NCBI GenBank assembly: GCA_951406725.2
Contig: OX597820.1
Coordinates: 50,344,001 to 50,408,000 of the forward strand
Direction of reading: 5' to 3'
Origin: Octopus vulgaris
Lineage: Eukaryota
Length of the DNA: 64,000 bases
In this document: positions 53,205 to 64,000 of the stretch, piece by piece
Numbering within the stretch: position 1 is the stretch's first letter
How the letters are laid out: each line of letters starts with the position of its first letter
Notes under the pieces: generated by a model
Databases searched by the model: none
What the model was told of the DNA's origin: nothing
The model's input: the letters and a program-made list of their open reading frames with translations, nothing else
Program-made: the position numbers and the translations under genes

Positions 53205-54520
53205 TTACCTTTCATTTTCAGAAGGAAAAAAAGCTGGGTATGTGATCAAAGAATGGAAAGATAATTTCCGTTTAGGGACGACTTGTAACAAACAAGCATC
53301 AACGGCTGGTTTTATTGATTCATATATATTGCATTGTTTTTCTGTGGATATTTGATGGAATCGGGACGAAAAAAGTGTGAAGTCTTGATTCTGAAAAGAG
53401 GTAGGGTCAAACGAGTTAGTGGTGCGGCATTGCCTAAGAAAGAGTTGGTGAAGAGAATTAACAATTCTGGGAACATTTGAATTAGACAAACTGATGGAAA
53501 GCCAAAGGAAGAAGATACTTTCAAGAGTATTACTGAATAATGAGATTAATTTGAAAACTAACCTGAATAAGTACTGAGCAACAAATACATGGGTCACTTT
53601 ATCTATGGATCTAGCGGGACTGCAAGCTTTGAAAAAAAAAAGAAAAGAAAGAGATTGCCGATTATCCACGGTGCATTCCACGCCATAAATGATTTTGAAC
53701 AGCTCCTCTCGACAAGAAAGAAAAGAAGATGAGGACTGATAAGTTATAAAAATTGCATTTATGCAGAAGGAAACAATATTGCTTCGTATAAAAAAATGCA
53801 AGCACAATACTATTTGTACAATTAAGGGAAGAATGTTTATTACATACAAAAAAAACAAAACAGGATAAGATGAGCTACAAAATAAAGACAGAAAACAAAG
53901 AGAGTAAGTAAATGGAGCGATTGGCGGTCAGTTCTTGAGTGATATGGGAAGGAACATAGATCCTAAGGCAAAATCGGAGTAGTTACAAAACTTACCCAAA
54001 AAAGACTGGCCTTAAATCTGACGAATGAAGAATGTGTTGTGAAACCTGAGACACAGTTTGGCATATTTTAACTGAATGCACCGAATTGGATGATAGATAT
54101 TTCAAAGAAAGTCATGACAACGATGCCGCCAGAATTGTTCATTGGGAACTATTTAGCATGTCTGGACTTGAAAAATCTAGAAAATGTTGCGAAGAGAAGT
54201 CAATGTGCGTGGTAAAAGCGAAAATTCTCTTGAGCGGGTCCATGATGCAGTGTAATCACAGAATCGATTCTCAGTAGCCTGGTATTGTGTTGGGAGGCAA
54301 CCTTAGACGCCTCTTCCTTTTGGTGGAGCAGAATCGTGATAAATGCAATGAAAACTGCATATATTGCAACAACTATTCTTGGTACCCTAAGTTCAGTGTG
54401 GAAAGAAGTTAAAAAGTGTTAGGAAAAGATGAATGTGAAATGAAAATATAGCACACCCGTAAAACGGTATTACTTCTCAGTTCAAAGAGTGTCTGCAAAA
54501 CTCATTAATTGAAAAGACTA
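53205..54520 (+). mobile_element. Degenerate R4/Dong-like fragment
   Basis: EEDTFKSI (YKYLG-region remnant), HDNDAARIVHWEL (54114), MQCNHRIDSQ*PGIVL (RLE remnant), ILGTLSSV. Confidence 0.55.
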
Positions 54521-56323
54521 ACCTCCTTGGATCACGAAAAAGGAACATCTGATATATTACTGATACTGATAGTAATAAAATGGCTATGTCAGATATGATA
54601 ATAATAAGAGGATGACATAGAATAATCCTTGTTATGCCTGTTTTTTCTACTGACACTTCACTTACGGCTAATATTTATAGATCACAGTTGTAGAAAATAC
54701 TGGATTAATATATTCCTATCCACTTCATACCATGTGAAACACATTCTTGCTTTAGAGATAACGAGTGGAAAACAGTAACCTCCAAATATTCTTTCAAATC
54801 TACAGTCTTAAAAAATGTACATAATTCTAGGTTGTACTGCACATAAAAGAAAGACGAGACGATGCAGCTAGAATACTTTTGGTCATAGGTTAACTGCAAC
54901 ATGATTGAACCTGGAGCTCAACAACATTATATTTTTGGGTGCAGTCAACATTTTTGTTAAAATTTTATTATTAAATAAATTCGTATGCCTCTCTCATTTT
55001 CTACTTTTGGAATTTACTTTGTGCATTGTCGGTAAGTGCCTTCAGTCAATTTATGCCTCTTTTTACTCTTCCAGTCTATAGTTGCCATTATTTTAAATAT
55101 TCTAAGAGTGTATGTTAAATACTGATTTCAAATTTTGGCACGAGGCCGGCAAATTTGAGAGCGGAGCAAGTCGATTAAACTTTCTTTCTTCTTTACCTTG
55201 AAAATAAAAGTATTTGTAACTTTTTGTCATAATTGGTTTTCTGTGTCAGCTTGCATTGTACAAAGCCATAGTACCAGTTCTCATTCTAGTCTTCTCTAAT
55301 ATATGTGCATATAAGCTGTATTTATTTTATTACTATGTACATATATTTATGACAAGGTATGTGATATAACAGATACAGAATTTCACATTGGTTTATAAAA
55401 TCGCTCATTCGAAATATGATGGAGGAGGCCCGGTATCACTTTGGTCAAAGAAATGGAATTTAGCGTGATCCATTTTATTGGCTGGCGGATTTCATAATGA
55501 AGACTGACGCATGACCTAGTCAGCATTATGTCAGTGGGCCAGCTTTGAGTTAGTAGTACAAAGGAAAACCTATAGTCATAAGAAAGAACACTTCCACGAG
55601 TGTATCTATATATATATACGCATTAAATCTTATTTCACATCATAAATTTCTAAAAGTGTCTTCCGTTATGAAAAACGCAGAGAATAATGCAATCACTTAT
55701 ATTGTAGATTGCATTTGATTAAAAATCACAGCTATAAATGAACAAATACTACATACGTATGGTATAAAGTATCGTATATATAAATTTTTCAAAACAATCT
55801 TCATATTGCATGAATAATGAATTAATGAAAGACGCTGCTAGCAAAGAACTATTTGTGTTAATCGGATTTCAAATATAGTAAATTACATACCTGTGACGAC
55901 CATCGCTCCCTCTATCTGTCTTTCCCTATATACGCATTTGTGTGAGTGTGTGTGTGTGCGTGCGTGCGCAGTCTGTGCGTGTGCATATAAGTATGGCGTT
56001 TGTTTCGAAGTGAAAATATAATGAGATTTGGCGGCATTTGGATTCAGTTATAAATGGATGGAACTGAATACGGCAAAGTATTAATTACGCTACGGTAATA
56101 TAAATTACATAATAATCTTGAGAGAAACAAAAACAACAACAGCAACATCAATGACAGCAAATAGACTAAAAGAAACAATAGTAGTAGTAAAGGAAAAGTA
56201 GTAGTTATTTAAAGAAATAAAATCATCTTTCATGTATATAAATACATACGTGCATATGAATACATACAAATATGGACAGATACACAGATGTACACATACC
56301 ACGCTTACATACATACACACACA

Positions 56324-56335
56324 CAATAATGATAA

Positions 56336-56367
<32 letters not shown>

Positions 56368-56435
56368 CTAATAATAATAATCATAATAATAATATTAATG
56401 ATAATAATAATAATAAAAATAATGATGATGATGAC

Positions 56436-56467
<32 letters not shown>

Positions 56468-56528
56468 CGACAACGACGACGATGACAACGACAACGACGA
56501 CGACGACATCAACAACAACAACAACAAC

Positions 56529-56579
<51 letters not shown>

Positions 56580-56580
56580 C
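56324..56580. repeat. Compound (AAT)/(GAT)/(GAC)/(AAC) microsatellite
   Basis: Direct inspection. Confidence 0.95.
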
Positions 56581-57097
56581 CTATATAACATATTTATTTC
56601 GACGTGACAGAAACCAAGTTTTCTTCTCCAGTATTTCCTGAAACAAAATATAAAATATATTTTAAATAACACAACCGTTTTTTCCCCCTTTTACTCTCTT
56701 TTTTTTTATAATATTTATTTATGCAGTTATTTTTTTCATAAATTGAGCATTCAGAAATAGCATTACTAAGAAAAGTGTCGGCTCTCCTTGAAAATTTAGC
56801 CCTTAGCAGAGAATTATTCGATTCATCGTACTACAGGTGGACCTCAAAATAGATTTCTTACACAATCAATACTATTTCTCAATGAGATAGTGAACGAATT
56901 CATTGTGAAGTCTCCCGTGTTTGTTTTTCTTGTCACTGATGTTTTGCAAGAAAGATATATTTCTTCTTAGATTATTACTTTCATTTATCATTTATTATTT
57001 ATTTTTCTGGAGACTAGAAACGTGTCCCTTGAAATTCACCAGATACGGAGTAATTTGCATTAGTAACCAGAGGGCAGACAAGCCACTTCAATATATA

Positions 57098-57155
<58 letters not shown>

Positions 57156-57566
57156 TATATATATGTGTATATTTATGTATTATATATATTATATGTATAT
57201 ATAAGTAGGTATATGTATGCAGCTATATATATATATATATATCGATTAGTTTCCTTTCACCATTTTCTTTTCTTTCTCTTTTTGCATTAGTTTTCACCAG
57301 GGTAGTACAGTTAGTTTGTTGCTGAAAGTAAGTTTAAATATATGAATAGTTGAATACATGAATATAGAAACGATTGTGATATTGTGAACAGCGAATAAGC
57401 GAAATTTTTATATTTTGACATCTAAATAATGCTGGGTATATCTACCATATTTGCAAAACCGCTGTCTATTTCAAAATACGATTTAAATGCAGAGCCGCGA
57501 AGATAAAAGTAAATATTTTATAGTTTTATACTGCAGGTCACCTGAAGTATATATATGTATGTATCA

Positions 57567-57660
<94 letters not shown>

Positions 57661-57681
57661 ATCTATATATATATATATATA
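57567..57681. repeat. (ATCT)n-(TA)n microsatellite
   Basis: Direct inspection. Confidence 0.96.
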
Positions 57682-58616
57682 CATATGTGTATGTATTCAT
57701 ATAGCTATGCACTTGTGTATGGGTGTATGTTTTATATAATTCAATCATACTGTATACATCTGAAAAAAGGAAATGATTGTTAGCATCAAAGACTCCTCTG
57801 TGTCTTTCATCGTTTACTAAGATGGTAGAATGTCTTTTAAAGTGGTTTCGGTTGCTATTTCTAGGAGGCCGATAGATAACGATGGCTACCGTATTAGCTC
57901 GCTGAATAGAAATTTGTTATAGCTATTCTGCATGACATTGTTGTTGATGATGATGTTCACGACGACGACGACAAATGTGTGTTGATGACGACGACGACGA
58001 CGATGATGATGATGAGGATGAAGAAGAACAAGAAGAAGATGAGGAGGAGCAGCAAGGATATGTTGTTGCTCATCAACAAATAACCCGTACATCTTTGAAG
58101 AATGAGGATTTAGCCGTGTCCGGTCTATCCGTTTTATATATCATTGAGCGTTGACAGCAACATTATCTGATATTATCCTTCTAGTTATTAGTGAATAGTA
58201 TGTATGTGACATGAGAGCGATCTGGTTGCCTTTAGGAACAGGTTTCGCTAACCATATCGAGGAAAGCTATTTCGATGTAGCAAAAAAAAAAAACGGGTTT
58301 CTCAGCGTAGTTTGGTTAAAAGGATATTCACAAGTCGAATAACAGATAACATATATATGTTTATAATATATCATCCACGAATCTTGTTTACCTTTTTAAT
58401 TACTTTTTTAGATTTCATAAATTACATTTAACTCCATTTACTCGTCGTGTGCAATGACTGTTTCTAGGAAGGAACATTAAGCGTAAATAAACCAGAAAAA
58501 TATACAAGGAATAGAAATACAGATATTCATTTCTTGTATGGATATGTGTGCGTGCGCGAGCGCATATGTGTGTGTATGTGTGTGAGTGTGTGTGTGTGGT
58601 AAGAAAATTTCAAGTT

Positions 58617-58679
<63 letters not shown>

Positions 58680-58803
58680 GTATACATACATACATATATA
58701 TATATACACATACACATATGTATCGGTGGTATTTTGTTAAAATGTGTATGTCTAAATTTGGCCAAATGTGTTTTTTTTCAATATGTACATATACACATAT
58801 ATA

Positions 58804-58857
<54 letters not shown>

Positions 58858-58879
58858 TAGATATACATACACGCATACA

Positions 58880-59180
58880 TGAGACAAGAACAAAAGAAGA
58901 AAAAAAGAAGAAAAACAACGGAAATCAACTGGGCGAACACAGTGGGTATATCAGACTGACGCTCAGTGGAAATTTTGCTGGGAAAATAGGAATAGAAATA
59001 TGACGTTTTGATCATGCCTCTTCATCGGATTGAGGAAGTAAGTCAGGGACAAGAAAAAGGAGGAAGAGGCGGAGTCCGGAGAATGTCACGTGTGTCGTTT
59101 CATAGCCAGGAAATAAGTGAACGATAGCTAGAGAGAGAGAGAGAGATAGAAGATGTCATTCGGTTTGTAGAAGATTACAT
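58880..59180 (-). mobile_element. Third short PLE-terminal-repeat-like element with degenerate hammerhead (~59000-59030)
   Basis: Minus: AT-CCGATGA-A-GAG(GCATG)ATC-AAAAC-GTC-AT. Shares ACGCTCAG (58959) and the purine-rich plus-strand layout with the elements at 37663 and 37943. Confidence 0.45.
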
Positions 59181-60237
59181 ATACGCTCTGTGTGTACGTG
59201 TGGTGTTTGTTTGTGTGTGCGTATGTGTTTTGCGTGTACGTTTGGGAACGTATATATGTATGGTACACGTTTGTGTAGAGTATACTCATATATGCCTGAG
59301 TTTGTATTTATGATATTCTATACGTGTGTATATGCACATATGATATTTGTGTGTGTATCTGGTTGTGTGCGTGTGTGTATGTGTGTGCATGTATGTGTGT
59401 GTGTATGTGTGCGTGTGTGTGTATGTATATGTATGTTGGGCTTGCTTATAACTTTGAGCGAAGATAGTCACCAGATAAATAAAGTACTCAATATATGAAA
59501 GTACTTCCAAATGTAGAGTTTTATATATTGATTTATTAATACATTAGTTCACAGATTTATATAACTGACTTGATCATTGTGATCTACTCATTTCAAGACA
59601 TCCACATAAATACATATGCATACTCATTCACAATCATGTGTTAGTTTGAGCATAAATTGACTGTATGTGTAGATAGAAGTTGAGATCAAAGGTACATAAT
59701 CATTAATGAACGAAGCGTTAATGACGTTCCATTGTACCGAACCATTATGAAAATCGGAAATTTTCGATGTGTAGAGAAAATAACAGTGTTTTAGTCCTAA
59801 TGATAATTCCTCTATCTAGAAAGTGAGGCGTGTTCTAAATTAGCTTGTAACATTCTCGCAGTCCATATAAGTCATCCAATATTTTATTAGTGTAACTTCA
59901 GCATAGTCATTCAAACTGAATACAAATGTATTAAAATGAAATTTTGCGAAGTCCAGCTTTGTTATGTTAATAACCTGAAAATAGAGCAGTTTGAGTTTCT
60001 TTTGAAATATTCCCAGTATTTCATATAAAATTATCTCATTATTTGTGCTGTGTAAACACACGAACACATACACCCACACATGTAGATGTTAGTAGCAACA
60101 CGTCAGTCCGGTATCATCTGGACTGACATGGTGCCTCAACTTAAGTACCTAATTATGCTGAATTTGAATTATTCTAATAGATGTATGTATATAATCATAT
60201 CACATATTTTATTATATTATATTATATTATATATATG

Positions 60238-60299
<62 letters not shown>

Positions 60300-60300
<1 letters not shown>

Positions 60301-60690
60301 GCAAACTGTGGTGGGTAAATATGACAATTTGCATACAATAATGAAATATCATATCCACCCTCAGCTTCCCCCGCACTCTCAATAAGCACCCGGAACATGC
60401 GATATACGTTCCTCGCTCTGTTCCAGGGAATATGTTATCCGCCAGTCTGGACTCCAGCAATGTGGTCAGAACGGTAGGAGTCTTTCTCAACCTTTACCCT
60501 CGCACAGTAATCCATGGCATTATAGTCGAGTGGATTAGGAGACGAGAAATTGATGCTAGTCAAGCTGTAGAAATTATATGAAAAGGATTTCTGGCTCTTT
60601 CAGGAGGTATTGCAAGGAGCCAAATTTGACTGCTACACATATGGCCTTCCAGCCGTAGTCTTCCCCTGTTAAAATTTGACCACTGTCTCT
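60300..60690 (-). mobile_element. Tc1/mariner-superfamily (maT/DD37D-like) transposase C-terminal remnant
   Basis: Minus strand with a frameshift: GRPYV*Q..LAPCNTS*KSQKSFSYNFYSLTSINFSSPNPLDYNAMDY..VYRMFRVLIES, matching QDSAPxH / WPPxSPDLNPxDY. Abuts (TA)n. Confidence 0.7.
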
Positions 60691-61110
60691 AGTAGTTTCA
60701 AATAGCTGTCTAAAATATGTCTTTGAGTTTGGAAGAAATTGGTTTTCGTGATACGTGGTACACCACATGGATTGAAGGGAAGCCATCTGTTGTTTTGTGT
60801 GTTGTGCCGCTGGTCGTGGTACATGTTTTTTCATTTGAAAAATAACTTTTGCACAATAGGATGCCCTAGCTTGTCTAGGAGCTTCTTTGCCTCCGTAGAA
60901 CGGGTCGCCTTTTTCTTATATATTACCCTACTTCTACGAGTGGTAGCGAATTTCATGGGCCCTAAACATTGTTTCGGATAAGCAGTTGGAACTGGAAGAA
61001 TTTAAAATTCGTCGATCAATTTCTTTAATCGACCGATCAGTGGTTGATTGATTGAAAATAGAGAACAAACCACATCCTTGCACATAAGCAAACAATGGGA
61101 AGTATGATTG

Positions 61111-61854
61111 CCGTAAATCCTCGAGTATAATCCGCATTTTCCCCCCCAAATTTAAAGGACAAATTCCCTAGTGCGTACTATATACGAGATTAAAAGTGAA
61201 AAATATTTTATAAGCAATGTCCGAGTCTCTATTTGCAGTCCGGCAATGTTTATTCAGACGCATTTTGTGATTTAGGGCGCGAAAATACCTTAAGCTAAGT
61301 CTGAAAGCAATAAAATGAAAAAATAATCATCCATAACTTGGAGTCAGCAACATTTATTAAAATAAAAGTATTTAGAACGCAGAATAAATGTAGCAAAAAA
61401 ATTTGCAAATATATTTACATTCCCATATATCAGTTAAGAACATCACCATTATTGCATGCGCGGAAGTGTTTCGTTCGACTAGGTACTGTTGGCTTAATTA
61501 CGCACGAATTGTGCATAATAGTTTAGCGCTAAATAGTTCATCCTGCTGTTTGTATTGGCAAATTGCACCATTACCGTGGCAAACAATAGATACTTAATTA
61601 AACACCAGTTTTAAATGTTTGAACTACTATGGGTCTTTACTAGGGTTTTTTTGTAAGCGAGACTTAAAACATGTACATTAATCTCCAATGAAACATTTGA
61701 TACATTACATTCCCACAAAATGCCTCGTAGATCTTATTCAAGTTAGAAAAGGGGTGCGTATTATACACAAGGTTTAGGTTTTTCAGAGGTACAGCACCCT
61801 AAAAAATCCCCTGCGTATTATACTCAAGGGCGGACTATACTTGAGGATTTACAG
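61111..61854. mobile_element. pogo/Tc2-like MITE
   Basis: TIRs CCGTAAATCCTCGAGTATAATCCGC versus reverse complement CTGTAAATCCTCAAGTATAGTCCGC. Subterminal TGCGTATTATAC repeats. TA on the right, TG on the left. Confidence 0.82.
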
Positions 61855-62024
61855 TATTCTTAGTAGAAAGAATCAAAAGATGATATAGCTGACCGTGTGA
61901 AGGAATGAAATGCGATACATCCCTAACTTGTTTAGGTCTGTCATAGACTATGAGAAGTAAGTAGATTATTTAAACAGATACTAAATAACTATTCACGATA
62001 AACTAATTTACATTACCTAATGGT

Positions 62025-62410
<386 letters not shown>

Positions 62411-62660
62411 GGCAGAGATGAAGGTGGGACAAGGAGGGAAACGAAGAGTAATTTAATGTTGGATCAGGAATGAACCAAGTAGAAGGGGATTCCGAAAACG
62501 CATGAAATCAAAATGGAATGAAAAAGGACTCTTCGAAATAAGTGAACAACGGTTAGCCGACCAGGTAAGAGCAATAAGAGCAAAAGGATGGTTAAAAAAA
62601 CATGGAAATAGACGAGATAAAAAGGAAAGTAGAAGATAGAAATAATACTTCACCAGCAGA
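62411..62660 (+). mobile_element. N-terminal coding fragment of an R4/Dong-like element
   Basis: CWIRNEPSRRGFRKRMKSKWNEKGLFEISEQRLADQVRAIRAKGWL, matching the EQRLADQ N-terminal motif of this clade. Confidence 0.7.
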
Positions 62661-62679
62661 TAGCGTGTCACCCAACAAC

Positions 62680-62701
62680 AGTAGTAGTAGTAGTAGTAAT
62701 T

Positions 62702-62732
<31 letters not shown>

Positions 62733-62820
62733 TAATAATATTAGTAGTAGTAGTAGCAGTAGTAGTAGTAGAAGCCACAACAGCAGCTGCAGTAGTAGTA
62801 GTAGTATCGTAGTAGTAGTA

Positions 62821-62918
<98 letters not shown>
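62680..62918. repeat. (GTA)n/(GCA)n microsatellite
   Basis: Direct inspection. Confidence 0.96.
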
Positions 62919-64000
62919 AAACCTTATAGCTAGGGATCATAAATGAATAAAAAATTGGTGGCAAAATATAGTAACAAGATGAACGCTAGAAAGATAGTGC
63001 TTAAAAGAGGTTGATAGAGGTGCACAGTATAAGTAACGGGAAAAAATATGAATAAAACGAGATAGCAGTAGTAAATAAATTCAAATGAAATATCTCCTAG
63101 TAAATATGAGTGATAAGTCTAAACAAAGTTAGGGAGAGGCCTATAATTCAAATTATTTTGGTAATTAAATATACAGTTACAACTACATTATTAGATCACG
63201 AAAGAATATGGAAGTTATCATATCCCGGTGCACCGATCGATTAATTTCCAAGGGAAAAATGTGAAGAGTTTGTTTTTTAAATTTTAAAATTTTAACAGAA
63301 GTTCAGGTGTCATTTTCAGTATATTAGATATTAACGTAAAATTAAATAATGACACTTCTGGAGGAATCAAAACCACACTCGTTTCTATGAGACGCTCATA
63401 TTCCAAATAAAATAAGGAAACTATATTCGGCAATATTTATAATTTCCTAATATTCAAAATGGAGCAGGATACGAAGTTCTCGGACGTGACCATGTTCTGC
63501 AAAGGAAGAGAATGGCATTTAGTTTTTCCCAGTTTTATCTTCAACTTGTTTGTTTTTTCTCTCAGTATTGAATTCCTAATACAAGGTGACGTAACTCTTA
63601 CCGAGCTATTGATGTTTACATGTGATTGCCATTTCCTCAACTTTGCTTGCTGTAGTTGTTCCAGTAAATAACATTTATGCTCCATTTAGATGCAGGTAAC
63701 GAATAGAGAAGTCAAAGTGAATATAAAATCAGAAAACTGATACACAGGGGAAAATCCATAAGATACATAAGAGGATAATTGGACATTTATAAAACTTAAT
63801 TAATGTGCGATGTAGATCTTTGTGGAGGCGAGGAAAAGGCACATAAAAAATGATGTTAGTAAAACAAGTTTAGATATTCGTATAAGCTTAATTGCTTTCG
63901 AAAAAGCATGAAAGTCAAGTTTTCTACACTCATCATACTTAGTAGTATATCGAATTTGCCTCGTCGTTAGAAATATCTCCTTTTGCAGTTCCGTATCCAC

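Noticed and set aside
53205-53858. 217-aa hydrophobic ORF as a membrane protein
   Set aside because: It is the antisense reading of an A-rich decayed R4-like fragment, with no domain signature.
63437-64000. ORFs at the window end as a host exon or GIY-YIG remnant
   Set aside because: No convincing motif or splice structure; truncated by the window edge.

Overview
AT-rich, microsatellite-dense eukaryotic intergenic or intronic DNA. The SINE families and repeat landscape suggest a cephalopod (Octopus-like); this is an inference. I found no convincing host protein-coding exon, and most short ORFs in the track are translated microsatellites. The window is a mosaic of transposable elements: many R4/Dong-like (RLE-endonuclease) non-LTR fragments in (TAA)n tracts, a near-full-length RTE LINE, a CR1/L2-type LINE 3' end, piggyBac, mariner, maT-like and pogo/Tc2-like DNA transposon remnants, a non-autonomous Helitron and tRNA-derived SINEs. 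The most striking content is a set of Penelope-like elements (PLEs) with hammerhead ribozymes (HHRs). (i) A ~9.4 kb Naiad-type PLE insertion in (TA)n has ~3.2 kb near-identical inverted arms, each ending in a canonical HHR. (ii) A PLE family carries a tRNA-like Pol III module in its 3' terminal repeat. It is present both attached to a GIY-YIG ORF and as an ORF-less ~420 bp SINE/retrozyme-like copy, where a hammerhead follows the tRNA-like module. (iii) Three short (TA)n-embedded elements have variant HHR cores and a shared CTGAGCGT motif. All alignments, translations and folds were done by eye.
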